NCBI GenBank assembly: GCA_903813345.2
Contig: CAIIXF020000001.1
Span: forward strand, 32,302,001 to 32,366,000
Length of the DNA stretch: 64,000 nt
DNA from: Owenia fusiformis
Lineage: Eukaryota
Direction: 5' to 3'
In this document: positions 38,070-52,466 of the stretch, one piece after another
Position numbering within the stretch: the first letter of the stretch is position 1
How the letters are laid out: each line of letters opens with the position of its first letter
Made by a program: the position numbers and the translations under genes
The notes under the pieces: generated by a model
Databases searched by the model: none
What the model was told of the DNA's origin: nothing
Seen by the model: only the letters and a program-made list of their open reading frames with translations

Positions 38070-39957
38070 TACTTATTTTCAGGAAAATACTGTGACAGTG
38101 TACAGTGACACCCTAGGATAAACTGTGCCTCACGTCTGTGCACACAATCAAAAACATTGATGCCACACCGTTTTCGAAAGTAGCTAGATGTACCGTTGGA
38201 ACTTGGTGCACATGTTGTTAGCAGGACAGCACCAAAAACACACCTCGGACGATTTTACAAAATATACATCTTTGAAACTAATTGTTTCTTTAGAATCTAT
38301 TGTCTAAGTGTACACAATACTTCCACAAATTATTGAATTAATCATCTTACAACAAAATCTCTACTAATATGACAATTTTCAAAACATCCAACTTTGTATT
38401 TATGTTTTAGTTCATCCATATTTCGAAGTTCGTGTATGTAGTTCAATCTTTTACCGTTATAAGGACTGGTAGATGGGATTGAAGATTCTGACTGTTTAAT
38501 TTAATCGTATGAAACCATCCAGAATATGAATTACTCTTCCTGATATATTTACAAATAGATGCAAGATTAGTGTGTAAAGCCCCATTAGTTCGATACAATC
38601 GATAAGCCAAGAACGGCCCATCGGGGATCAGAACATATGCGTTCAGTTTAATGGTGACAATAAAATCTATACTTACAGCACTGTAGGAATAATCCAAGTC
38701 CCTATCAGTTTCATTTTCCTCCAAATTGGGTGTCTTTTGTAACTGCAGGTCTATTCTCACAACCTTATGTTGTATGTCGATGAAATGCGTTTGTACTTGC
38801 CATACATATGTAACAGTCATAGTGTCTGAGGTGTAGCTGCGCTAGATGCAATTCTCGTCTGCTCAGCATATTGTCAGAAGCTGGAAGCAGACGACACTTC
38901 ACGCTAGATATAATTAGTTGGAAACCCAATACCTTTATGACGTGGACAATCTTGAATGGTGAAACATTATCATTCAGATAATGAAATGATTAGCTATAGT
39001 TTCAAAGTATGAACACCTGATCTAGAATCATTTGGTACCCCCATATAATTAACATCACCATTATAAGTGTATCTCTTCTATTATCCTCACTTACAGGGCT
39101 TACTTCAATCATTAATCAGATTTGTAATTTACCTAAGACAATTAAGACTAAGGACAATACTTATTTTCTGTTCTAATCGGCCTGTTAAGGCGTTTCGAAT
39201 TAATATTGCATATACACGGATACTTATTAAAAGACCGAAATCGGGTATTATCATCATGTCTGTGATGGAACAGTAGAGTGCTGTGTTCAATGGATTGCAC
39301 TAACTACTAAATTAAACCTGCAATTTCCTTATAATGAGACCGGTAATGAATGAATTATGGATGGACTGCAATGCACGTAGAATTGTCCACTAGTGGAATT
39401 GTCAAAATAATTACAATTGATTGCATCAGAGTGAATTTGCAATTGCAACTAAAATAAATTAACGTAGTATCTGTATATTTACCCAGGACATTTCATGGGG
39501 GGGGGGGGGGGTGCTGTTCAAATGCAACCCCCTTATTTTGATTGATGGATAATTGTATTGTTTATTGCTTTGTTATTTGTTCATGCCTTTCAAATGATGC
39601 ATCTCAGTTAAACACGTAGTAGGCATTGTTCACAAGTTAGAGTTTTTGGGTTTGTCAATTTATTTTCCTTCAAATCTCGAACCCCCCCATCCACACACAA
39701 AAATGTTTTCATGCTTAACCAACTTCACATTGTGACCACAAGGGTACGTGTTATTAACAAGTCACCAGGGGTGGCCACGAAAACAAGGGAGGGGACCTAA
39801 AAATGTCCACGCTTGTTCAGACAAAAATAAGGGCCCAAAATGCCCAGTAATTCCCTAATCTTTTTAAAAATGACTAGTAAGTTGATTTAGAAGGAACAAA
39901 ATTCGAGCCAAATTATCATGGCCTGTAAAATAATAGCTTGTGAGTGATGTAGCCAGA

Positions 39958-40330
39958 GGGCATGCTCCCCTGGAAAATTTAGGAGTTTTGGGAAGATTTA
40001 GTGCGTTCTGGGCGATTCTATGATCAAAATAACGTATTTCAAAAATTGAATTTTTAGGCTTATTTGGAGCATTCTGGGCAATTCTGGTACATTCAGAGCG
40101 ATTTTAGGATCAAAATATATGATTTACGTATTTAAAATAATGAATTTTTAGGCTTTTTTAGCGCATTCTGAGCAATTCTGATGCGTTCTGATCGTTCTAG
40201 GGATCAAAATATATGATTTACGTACTTTAAATTACGTATTTCTGAATTTTTAGCCTTATTTGACACGTTCTGAGCCATTCTAGGATCAACATATATGATT
40301 TATTAAAAAATCAGGGGCATGCTCCCCTGA
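39958..40330 (+). repeat. Degenerate tandem repeats of an older element, continuing at 43774-43900
   Basis: Recurrent gcgttctg/gcgattc...gatcaaaatatatgattt units; gggcatgctcccctg occurs at ~39958 and ~40315. Confidence 0.6.
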
Positions 40331-40339
40331 AAAGGTTAA

Positions 40340-43300
40340 CACTTGGTAAAAATGTAAAAATAATATAGAATAAAATGTTTAATATACTGCAAAATAAGTT
40401 GCATTAAGAGAGAATCATAGAGAATATTTTTTCCAGTATAGTAGGCAGTTATTTTTTGTATTATAGCGGAAAAAAATATAATACGTATTTTGAAGAATTA
40501 TTTTTGATTTAATAATATTATTCGTGTATTATTTAAAGGGAACAACATATAATACCATATAATATAGAATAATATTTTTGTCAGGAGCAAATAATATGTT
40601 GGCATCTGCAATCAAAAACCGATTATACGCGTTTATTTTCGAGCCGTTAATCCCTAATTATTCAATTCCTATGAAATGAGTTTCATTCATACTTATAATC
40701 CGTTTGTTATGGTTAATGGTTTAATCTCTACAGTTGATGGCTCTAAAAAATTCCACAAAAATAATTTGCAGAATAAGTTTTTACATATATATTTGATTGT
40801 ATAATGTCCCTCATGTTATGATTAACATTGTGTTAAATTTTTGATTCAATCAATTAATTCATTGTAAAGTTAATTTTTGAATTTTTAATTAATTGGTTTT
40901 CCTCACATTTTTATTCCATTGTTTCTCTGTCACATTAGGTTTTTTGGCAAACAACTCTTAAATCCCCCTCTTACACAGATACAAATAACCACCTGTATTC
41001 ACTTTGCCAACAAAAAACAGTCATGACACAGAACTGCTCAATAATTAATAAACACATCACGCATTTTATACAGAACCATACTTAAGGACCCCCCTCCCCG
41101 TGGCCAACGATTCTTTCAAATTCATATAGTTTTTCAACATTCACATGCATGTATTGACATTACAGAGCAATATAATAAGTCAAACTTTAATCCCTAATTA
41201 TTCAATTTCTATGATTTGAGTTTTGTTCACACCGATAAATAATCTGTTTGTTAGAGTTAATGGATTAATTTCTACAGCCGATGGTTCTAATTTCAACTGA
41301 AAAATAATTTGCAAATTTAGTTTTTCATATTTATTTGATCGTATAATGTCTCTTATGTTATAATTAACATTGTGTTAAAATTTGGATTCAATTGATTGAC
41401 TCAATGGAAAGTTAATTTTTAATCAATGGCTTTCCTCACATTTTTACTCCATTGGGTTTCCTCACAATTTAAATCAATAGTTTCTCTGTCAAATTAAGCT
41501 TACAACAAACAAGACTTAAAGCCCTCTCTCACACAGACACAAACATCTCTATTCACTTCACAAACAACACAAAACATTGATGACACGAAACTGCTATATA
41601 TCAATACATTACATTTGATACAGGTCCATGGCAAGGAAGGGGGGGGGGTCTTTGAGTTCGAGTAAATCACCCTTCCCCCTTGCCAAAATTCTTTCAACAT
41701 CCTATTATTAATTGTGAACCCTTGGTATGTTTTGAAAATTGATCCCCTGGGCTAAAACTTATTACAAGCCTACAATATATTGTATGTTTTGCTCCGATTT
41801 TCTGACAAATCACTGATAATAAATAAGGAAACATCCATTAGGTTAACCTATACAAGTGGTGTTAAGCCATGCTAAAACAAAATAAGAACTTGTATTCTCT
41901 CACATTTCACAATTCGTGTGTTTTCTGTTATCCATATAATATCTGAGATATAAACCGGGGATATCCCGGGAGGGGGGGGGGGGGGGGTATAAACATCAGA
42001 TAAGTACATGATGTTATACATTTTTTTTCTACTACAATTGGATCATTTCTTTTTATTACAACTTTCTTTGTTTTCCATTTCCAAATATATATATTCAAAA
42101 GTTGCGAGATTCGGTATGTTTAGTTGTTTGATAATGAAAATAAAGAAGTGGGCACACTTTACATTTATTCCTAATGTTTCATCTGACAAAGCAATCGGTG
42201 CATGGTAGAACAAAGTGATGTAAATAACATATTGACATACAGCATGTCAGAGCAATATGATAAGTAAAATGTTAATCCCTAATTATTTCATTTCTTTAAT
42301 ATGAGCTTCATTAACACTGATAACTAATCCGTTTGTTAGAGCCAATGGATTAATTTCCTACAGCCAGCAGTTCTAGGTTCCACAAAAGAATTATTTGAAA
42401 ATTAAGTTTTTCATATTTATTTGATTGTATAATGCCCCTTATGTTATGATTAACATTGTGTTAAAATTTGGATTTAATTGATTGACTCAACGGAAAGTTA
42501 AGTTTTAATCAATGGGTTTCCTCATATTTTACTCCATTGTTTCTCTGCCACATTAAGTTTACAACAAACAACATTTAAGGCCCCCTCTTAAAACAGACAC
42601 AAACAACCACCTGTATTCACTTTGCCAACCACAAAAATAGTCTTGACACAGAACTGCTCAATTTTTCAGTTAGATACAAGTACATTACACATTTTATACA
42701 GGCCCAGGCCCGTAGCCAGAGGGGGGGGGGGGGGGGTCGCAGGGTTCGGGCGAAACCCCCCCCTGGCCAAAAATTCAAAATCATGCAGTTTTTCACCATT
42801 TTGAGCACTTTTCAAGTGATTTTAGCCATATTTGGGGCAAAATTGTCAAATGTGACCCCCCCCTGGAAATTTTTGAAAATTGAACCCCCCCTTGGCAAAT
42901 CCTGGCTACGGGCCTGAGGCCCGTACCTATCGAGTAACGATCCCCTCCTCTTGGCCAACAATTCTTTCAAAATCATGCAGATTTTCACCATTCACATACA
43001 TGTATTGATGTCAGAGCAATATAAGTAATACCTTAATCCCTAAGTTTTTTCAATTTCTACGAAATGAGTTTTGTTCACTGATAACTAATCCGTTTGTTAG
43101 AGTTGATGGATTAATATCTAAACTGATTCTTCTAATTTCCACAAAAAATAATAATTTGCAAATTAAGTTTTTCATATTTATTTGATGGTATAGTGTCCCT
43201 CTTTCTATGATTAACATTGTGTAAAATTTGGATTGAATTGATTAACTCATTGGGAAGTTAATTTTTTGATTTTTAATTGATGACTTTTCTTCACATGTTT

Positions 43301-43770
43301 ACTCCATTGTTAACATTAATTTCTTCTAAATATTTATTTTGTAAATATGTTTCAAATAGAAATAGAACAATCAAAATAAAATGTATGTGTGACATTTGTA
43401 AGTATTATGGAGATGAGAAGGCCAGTAGAATGGTTAATCCTATTAACTGCCATGCTGTGCATTCTTTGTTTTGTTTGGTTAAGTAATTATTCTGTTCAGA
43501 TTGGAAAATACAAGAAAATAATATTTTTTAGAATAGAAAAACATTCTAAATAAACTGCAATCATCATATTTGGATCTCACTTATTTCTAATTATATTATA
43601 TTAATCTCTATATAATAGAGTATATTATGCTGATTATATTTTTTTCCTTCATAATATAATATAATAATTACAATACTGAATGGAAATACTGTATTATTAC
43701 GCATCTTTTTACACGAATATCCAAAAATAAAACATCTTTTTATATATTATTTTATTGATTTCACCAAGTG
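40340..43770. mobile_element. CACT-terminal (EnSpm/CACTA-like) non-autonomous element, 3-bp TSD, with an internal ~540-bp tandem array
   Basis: TAA|cacttggtaaaa ... tttcaccaagtg|TAA. The flanks rejoin into the interrupted host repeat. Internal units start ttaatccctaa at 40647, 41187, 42272 and 43033. Confidence 0.75.
42705..42916. mobile_element. Young 212-bp poly-G MITE with 5-bp flanking duplication AGGCC
   Basis: AGGCC|caggcccgtagccag ... ctggctacgggcctg|AGGCC; perfect 15-bp TIR. Confidence 0.85.
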
Positions 43771-46409
43771 TAAGATTTTTGGGCTGATTTAGTGCGTTCT
43801 GTGCAATTCGAGGATCAAAATATATGATTTATGTATTTAAATAAAAATTGAATATTGAGGCAATTATTTGGCACCTTCTGAGCGATTAAAGGATCAAAAA
43901 GTGGCAATCACATCAAAATACACCGTACATAATACATATGTCACCAAATATTACCTTCTACCTCGAAATGTCAGAAAATTCTTCAAGAAAGCAAAAAAGG
44001 TAGGTCCACATTATTTTAGGAGATATCTGGGGGGGGGGGGCTCGTGCCTACTAGAATTGTATAGTATCTTCCTGTCCATTATATAAGGATGTCGCATAAA
44101 ACCAAAACCAATGATCTCATACCTTTCGAAACTTCATCTACTTGCAATAGTCTAGCTACAAGCCTCTGCGATTCCCCCCTCTACTTGACTAAAAACCTTT
44201 TCACACATTTTCTCTCTTTGTTGGGCTTAGAGCTTGACTATACTTAAGGAGCTAACTATTCAATGTTTTCGGAGGTCAAACCTTTTTTAGGGAAAACAAT
44301 AGGTTTGGATACCTAGTGTCTTATAGTCCTTAATCCTACAAAAGAATTTTTAACGAAAATACTCAATCGCCTTGGGGTCGACGGATCGGAGCAAATGTGA
44401 TCAAAGTGAACAAGGTATTACTGTAACATTACAGTAAGAACATACGATAATCAGCGTCTGCAATATTGTTATTACATCATCAAATGTTCAAAGTAGGTGC
44501 GTTACTCAGGTTCTATCTCTACTTATACATTATGATCTTCTTCAATCAAAGACATCAGATTCAATGTTTCATGGTACCGGTGTAAAAGGGTAGGAGGTCC
44601 TCTCAAATTATGGTACTACTCTCCATTGATTTATATGGTGATCTCAATACAACTCTTTCCCTCATTATCTTATACGCAATCAGGGCCAGTAAGGGCCGTT
44701 AAGAAAGGGGACCATAATCCCTGGGGGGTCATCATTTCATTCACATCGGTATTGAAATGTCACAGCAAACTAGAAATCATTTTGCACCAATATGAATTGA
44801 TAAGGTAACATGATAAAGTAACATGAGATCTCATAGATTTAAAGTTTTTTTCACACTCACCCATCATTATGCAGTTTCTTAGAAACTGGCAAGAATTGTG
44901 CCCTTTCAAGTCATGTATCACATCCATTCATCCTTAAAGCGAACGGAACCATTTTCATGATTGTATCTGCTTCCATATGTTGGATTAGTAGTCGACCTGG
45001 TGGTTCAGTAATATGTTAAACTCCTATTTTATAGGCCATGCTAATGAGGGTATTTGGTTGGTTAATCAAACCCGCGTTGGCAAGTGGCACAAGCATGTTA
45101 ATGCTGGTACAGCAATGGTTTGTTCTGCATACAAATAGCCTTCAATTCTCTATTGGCCATATTGGTTTAGCTTTAGAGAATATGCAAGGTCCCGCTCATC
45201 CCAGTCAATGATATTGCCCCTACATGAAATACTCCTACATTACGTACTGGGAGACAAAATTCCTAACAGGAACACTGAAGGTAAATGCAAGATTTACTGG
45301 ATGCATTCTACTCATACCCTTTATCACAATCATATACAGTAGAGTTTCAGCTCTTGTTTTGTTTCGAAGATTTGATGTCGCATTTTACATTCACGTATCA
45401 CATCAGCATATATGTCCAGACAAAGCAACCCAACGGACTTTAGTGTGCTAGAAACTCCATGGGAAATCCCCACAATATTTCTTCAGAATGTGCTCATAAG
45501 ATAATGATATGTGACTTGTGATATTTTTTAATCATTTTATTTTAATCAATTCATATCATATCATACAAAGAATATCATACAGTAAGAATTCAACAAGGTT
45601 ATTCAATTTAACATTTGTGTTGAATATGTGACATTACTGACAAAGGATAGTGAGAAAATGCAAACATAGGACAGTGATCTTTTATAACATCACGAATCTA
45701 CATATGCAAGATGTGCCAAAAAAGTATCAATTATAAGTAATAGACGCTTTTTACACATATGCTTTTTATAGATCAATCTCTTTGATTTTCTCAGTGATAC
45801 GTCATTCAATTATTCATCAACTCTAATGATCTGAAGAAATAGTAATATATTTTGATGTTTCTTTATTTCTGTGACGGAGGTATAGGTACCACAGGACCGA
45901 CACAACGTTACATATTCTGAAGCTATTTCAACTCAAACACATGGTGACAAAACTCAAAACACATTTAACAAGGTTCATTTTATCATATGATATATTATTT
46001 CTAGGTGTTATTTCATAATTTGTGTTTTCAGTATGTTGCCCTTGTTACCCACCTTCATGATATTTTAATGTACATTCTAGGTTGAATGCCTACTGTATAC
46101 CAACTGAGGTGATCATGGTACTATTGTTGAGAACACATCTATTAAGGTTCATTTTTTCAAAAGATATATTAAGTTTTTAGTTTTTTATGATATTTTTTTC
46201 ATGTTATCGTAGATAACATAGATATACACAGTCAGCTGATTGCCAAAGTTTTTCAACATTAGCGGCAATTAAATAATATATACATTAGTGAATTAGATAT
46301 AATATAAAATACAAAAGGTTTACATATATACTTAATTCCAAATCACTGAATCAAAGAAATCCCACGGGCGGGGATGATGACAAAAAGGAAAAGCAGAAAA
46401 ATGAAGAAA

Positions 46410-48090
46410 CGAAACCTATTGTCACAGACTTGATATGATATTAAAACTCATGTATATATCGGGTGTCCCAAAAAATGAGACACTTTTTGCCAAGTATTTT
46501 CTCGTCAACTGATCCACCAAATTCACTGAGAATTTGTACAAATTAGCCTGAGAGTATCATTAGCAAGTTGTAAAAATATAAAAAGAATCAAGTAAATATT
46601 CTGCGAGAAATAAGAAATACAAAATAGCATGTCAAAAATCCCCATACCGGAGCTCTTCGATGTGACGTCTATAGTGTTTGTACCAGCTATCAGGTGATAG
46701 CATTTGTTAATAAGTCAAAATAGCTTGTCTGTATGTCATGTCTACTTAATTCATTTCATTCTTCCAAAATATTCAAAATCCATTCATTCTCAAAATTCAT
46801 TGGATGTGATATTGTTAGAATAAATACGGAAAGGTATTTTGTTTGAAAAAGGATTAATAAGTGAGATTTACATCGATATTGGTTATTTTTTACATACTGT
46901 CTTTAATTTAACAATTCACGCATAATATGAGGTCAATCTCTTACATATTCATAGCACTAGCAGAAGATACCCTAAAGTGCCTCAAGTAAAGTTTTCAAAT
47001 AATTTAACTCATCTATTGATGAGAAATCACTTGACAAATTGCTTCCCATTTTTGGAAGAAACGTGATGAAATTCTCATTGCATTGCTCCGGTATGGGATA
47101 TTTTGACATGCTATCTTGAATTTCTTAGTACTCACATAACATTTACTTGATCTGTTTCATATTTCTGTACCTTGCTGACAATACTTCTAGGCTACTTTGT
47201 ACAAATTTTCCCAAAATTTGGTTCATCAGTTGCCAAGAAAATACTTGGCAAAAAGTGTCTCATTTTTTTGGGACACCCGATATAATAACTAACAATATGA
47301 ATTAAATCTTTATTTGTTGATGCATCTAAATCATCTTTTCCAGAAAGTAAAAATTGTAATTTATCATTCAAATTGTAGCTGTTAGACAGGTTTCCTAAAT
47401 TGTAAGTATGAAGGCCTGCAATGAGGTTAATTCTTTCATCATGGAGCAGTGGGTAATTTAAAAGAAATGCAAGGATGTCAATGGAACACCACATTTACAC
47501 AAAGGGTCACTAATGTCATTAAAGTTATGTGCATAAAGGTGTGCTTTAAGTAAAAAGCCACACCTGGGTCTATTAAATGGTATTTCAAGATGTCTGGGTA
47601 AGGTTACATTCAGTTTAGTGGTTGGAATTAAAGAGACTGGGCTCTTGTGTTCTCTTACTAATCTTTTAAATCTAGAAATAGGTTGACCCATTCTAGTATC
47701 TGATGGCAAATAATTCAATAAAATTATAGATTGGAAGATGGTAGGTTTTTTAAAAGAGAAGCTAATATAAGTATGTTCATATTTCCGAAGTAAATCACAA
47801 ATAAATGGAGGATTAAAGTTATACCTGCATTTAAAAGTAAACATGTTTAAGTGGTCAATTCTTCTGGTTGTTAACGGTTTCCAGTTTAAGAGTTTAAAGT
47901 TTTGATTGGAACCATGTATAGCCCCAGAAACCAGGCAAGCTGCTCTGTAGTGAAGTCTTTCAAGAGCTTGTAATTTCATGTTAGATGCTTTGTTGTAAAT
48001 GACACCACAATAGTCAAAATGAGGCATAATGTAAGTATTATATAATATCTCTAAGTGCTGACTATTTAGAATTTTACTCAGTTTCATCAC
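46410..48090 (-). mobile_element. 5'-truncated, degenerate CR1-type LINE (ORF2 3' end), interrupted by a MITE
   Basis: ORF 47458-48090 has LYNTYIMPHFDYCGVIY...LERLHYRAACLVSG...LNWKPLTTRR and a C-terminal CKCG..HFF, typical of the CR1 ORF2 post-RT region. It continues by frameshift into 47192-47494. The 3' boundary is approximate. Confidence 0.85.
46459..47280. mobile_element. Tc1/mariner-type MITE, family B, inserted in the LINE
   Basis: TA|tcgggtgtcccaaaaaatgagacactttttgccaagtattt ... aaatacttggcaaaaagtgtctcatttttttgggacacccga|TA; ~190-bp arms; partial relative at ~52113-52466. Confidence 0.9.
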
Positions 48091-49101
48091 CGGTCTAAGG
48101 ATTAATCAGGAAGTCTAGAAGTAGTTCCGACAAACAAAATGGTAGACATGAAATATTTATAAGAATCTATGGTTTGAGCTTTATCATACTCTAACAAAGC
48201 AAGAAGTGCACATTTTCATGCTCCTTCGATGTTCCTTGGTAAGGTAAGATGATTTGTGGAAATTTTGGATTCTTGCAAATGTGTGACTGTTGTAATCCTA
48301 CTCCTCGAAACTTTCAAAAGTTATTTATAGCCTCATTTCACAGTCTTAATGCTAGCCTTGGGGACCCATGCACCTCCAATTTATAGTTATGAAAAATGCG
48401 TTTAAATGTGAAGTTTCCTGTGACATAATTTTTTAGTCAGGAAATGCATTCAGATCTGATACAAAATTTTGTGACTTTACCAAAAAATATGGCTGCCATT
48501 TTGTGTACTTTTGATTAACTTTAGCGTTACCTTAAAAAGTTTATTATCATAATGGTACATATGAATTCTCCGACAATTCGTTTCAGATATTACTAAGGCA
48601 TATAAGGAAGCAGCTACAATGGAGATACATGTGATTATGTAACGTAAAGTTGCCATCATTTCCATAAACACGTAGAATGATCATCATTTACCTTTTTATG
48701 CAAATGACAAAACATACACCGTGACATACACGAGTTAAGGCTTCCGTGCTAATCAGACATGAACGCTAATTTGAAGCATATATCTTAATTTATATGTTCT
48801 TTCCTGATTTGCCTCCTGAATTGGAACTTTTTCAAATATAAATGGTCGCTCAAAGTTCTATGATTAAACCATATCCAAAAATGTAATTATTTGATTTGTC
48901 AATAGCTGGTGATTCATGTCCAGCAAAAATTCACTTGAAGGTGAAATGTCAATACCTTTCATATAATCAGAGTGCAAGGGGAGAGAGCAATACCAAAGGA
49001 CCCCAACACACGATCAACTCATAAAACTCATAAAACGGCCATATAGCCATTCGGTATATGACGTACATGTATATACCATGATGAAGCAAGATGCGTATAT
49101 A

Positions 49102-50167
49102 CAGGGTGATCATTAAATAAGATCAAAAGTGCTGAAATTTATGTAAACGTTTATTAATCTAGCTCATTTTCTCAGAGAATGTTGATCGTAGACTAATAAG
49201 TATACATTCACAAAAAAATAAATGTCATCATATTACATTCAATATTCTGCGTTCTATGGTAACCATGGAAACTCATGCTGAGGGTATCAAAAAAGAAAGG
49301 AAATATTATGATGTTTTCTTTCCTAGTTTTATACTTTGGAAATACCACCATATTCTATTACATTCAATGTATTCTTGTACATTCTAATTTTTCTCAGAGG
49401 TTCATTTTAGGTGTTTTATATATTTGCCATTATATTCAACATATTTAAGTGACATTTAATCCAGTCCGTGAACACATGTTTGAAGCCACCACACACTCAC
49501 CACACACTCACCACACAGCATGCACACTCTGTCGAGTACCACCTTTTTCAGATCTTCCTTTGTCTTGAGAATTCTCCCCAGAATTCAGATTTTAAGTCCC
49601 CATAGAAATAAAAGTCTTATGTAGCCATGTCTTGTGTTTTTGGGCCCATTCCCAGTTTGGTTTGTAGTTGTCTGATCCCCATGCTGTCCAATTGCTTCTG
49701 TGTTAAAATTGCTGTAGTATGACAAGGTACATTATCCTAATGCAGGATGATGTGATTTACCAACTCTGGTCTTTTCTTGCGAATGGCATTCAGACATGTG
49801 TTCATTGGATTAAACACCACCGAAATGTATTGAATATAAGAGTAATTAAATAAAACACCTAAAATAAAGATCTGAGAAAATAAGAATGTACAAGAATGCT
49901 TTGAATGGAAGGACGTATGGTGGTATTTCCAAAGTATAAAACCATAAAGAAAGAACACATCATAATATTTCCTTTCCTTTTTTGACTGCTCCGGGTACCC
50001 TCAACATGGGTTGCCATGGTTACCATAGAAATTTTAAATGTAACATGTTGAAATTTATTTTGTGGATGTATACTTATTAGATCAACATTCCGTGAGAATA
50101 TGGGCCAGATTCACTTATATGTGTACAAAAGTAAGAGCAATTTTGATCTTACTTTATGATCACCCTG
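49102..50167 (-). mobile_element. Long-TIR mariner-derived element with transposase remnant
   Basis: TA|cagggtgatca ... tgatcaccctg|TA with ~330-bp arms. The - strand at ~49570-49800 reads AIRKKRPELVNHIILH*DNVPCHT...QDMAT*DFYFYGDLKSE, resembling the mariner LHHDNAPxH and SPDLAPSDF motifs. Confidence 0.85.
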
Positions 50168-51874
50168 TAAGTATAAATGGGATACTTTGTATCATTCTTA
50201 GAGGTATTTAGGATTACACAGATAAACAATGTATTATATACCAACATATGGGGAATTCGTTTAGCTTTAATAAGATATACTATTATGTGACGTATCTTCA
50301 ATGTTGTAGAAATTGTGACAGTAATTGATTTAAAATCTAAAAACGAAGAATTTCAAGGAAAAGATGTCTAATGTGTCTCTTTATCTGTGGTAATAGCTCT
50401 CAATCTCAAAAAGACATTACTGTACATTATGTATGCCTTCCTGAAACTTTTGCTACCAAGCATGAGTCAATCTAACCTTAATTTGCTTCGATATGCAATA
50501 CGTAATCCACCTATCATGAAAATGAAATGAAATGATTTTGCATAGCAACCCTAATGAGTATAGTAACAAGTCACTATGTTGTCACAACTTTATTCTTTAC
50601 ACAAATGACACTGATGATTTAGCGATGAGTAAAATAATGGGAAAATAAGGAGAAATAAAGAATTGTACCTAAAATTATAGGGATTATGAAAAATTCTGCA
50701 ATTTCAAAAGCTGTTTTCGAGGTAATGCGTCACATTTGAACTGCATAAAACAACGAATTGTTTGATTTGAAATTTTGTATACATGAACAGAAATGCTCAA
50801 ACTGAATACTCCCTAATTTTAATGACTTTTGGTTCATCATCTGCTCTTTTGAATAGAATATGTGTGAATGTCTCATTTTTATTTGCTCACCCTGTAAACA
50901 TAGCTTAAATCTTTCATTTTGTTCCAAAAATGCAATATAAAACTCAATATCAATCTTATATTACACCCATTAAGAACATAATTTGTCGTATATAATATTG
51001 TTACTGGTTTGCCATTAATTCCATATTTTATCCCATGGGTATCACTGCATAAGTGATATTCATGCAATTAAGAGGACGTGATGTGTCTCTATTGACATTT
51101 GATGGTTATATTGAATATGTTGTACATTCACATATCCAGCTCATTTTATCAGGATGGTCGCTCGTAAAGTTCGTTAGTAATTCCCATAACAAATGCTCCG
51201 AATCAATTTAACAGACCTTCGATGTCTGTTATATGAATCTCAACTTTAGTATTCACATATTCACTCTTAGCTTTCACTTTTGGGTCTCATCATTTTCTAT
51301 TAGGAACATTACTTAGCTATTGCGAACATAAGAGGAAAGGTTGATCTTTTGGAACAAACTGTATATTACCATGCGCACAATTTGCATCCTAACTGATTAT
51401 GATTAAGTTTAAACACTAACATAAAGTACGTATTCCCCGAGTATAATTGAAGGAAATATGACTGTATTGTCTAATTCGATGTGTCTAGTGCTAATGTAGA
51501 CAAAAGCAAGGTTTCTATCTACAGGTAATGGAAAGTGACAAGAGAGCCTGGCTATGAATGTTAATCCAGACATCAACTAATCTAAGAAAACGCAATCTTA
51601 TTTGGTTATTTTGATACGGCCATTGTTAAACATTAAGACCTCGTCCATGTATAAAGTACGGCTGGATGATGCACACCGCTTTTTTACGTCCATGTGCCCA
51701 CTTACTCGCACTGCTCTCAATGATTTATGGTAAACCATATTAAATCTTTCTTTCTCAGGTTTGTGTCGCTCTCTTAGGCGATAAGGAAATGGCTCTGGTA
51801 AATAAAAGTTAACACTGGATTGATGTTTACAAAAACGAGGTGATAGACGTGAACACGTTACATACATTCATATA

Positions 51875-52110
51875 CACTCCCCTCCATACGTTTGGCAACC
51901 TTAGCTCCCCCATTGAACTACGTGTTAAAGCCTCTTTACCTTTGAATTTTTATTTACTTAACCTGCGATGAAAATGCTTATACTATTGATGAAAATAGAT
52001 TGACTTTTGATACCTCCCAATTTTTCCATTTTTTCCTTAATTACAATAAGTCGAAAATTGATGATAAATTTGATGAAGTTTTGAAAATCGACATTCCTAT
52101 GTTTACCAAT
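51875..52110. mobile_element. Partial copy (one arm) of MITE family A
   Basis: TA|cactcccctccatacgtttggcaacc...; similarity ends at ~52110, where a family B arm begins. Confidence 0.85.
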
Positions 52111-52112
52111 GT

Positions 52113-52466
52113 ATCAGGTGTCCCAAAGATGAGCCACTTTTTGACAAGTATTATCTCGGCAACTGATGACAAATTCACTGAAAATTTGTACAATGTAGCC
52201 AAAGAGTATCGTTAGCAAGATACAAAAATATGAAAAAGATCAAGTAAGTAATATGTGAGTACTAATAAGATCCCATACCGGAGCAACACAATGAGAACTT
52301 CATCGCGTTTGTACCAAAAAATGAGAAGCAATTTGACAAGTAATTTCTCAGCAATAGATGAGCCATCTTCTGCTAGTGCCATGAATATGTAAGAGATGGG
52401 ACCTCGTGTTTCAGAATCAAAAACAGTATGTCAAAATGACCAATATCATGTAAACGTCACTTATTA
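52113..52466. mobile_element. Partial copy of MITE family B
   Basis: tatcaggtgtcccaaagatgagccactttttgacaagtatt... matches the right arm of 46459-47280 in reverse. Confidence 0.8.
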
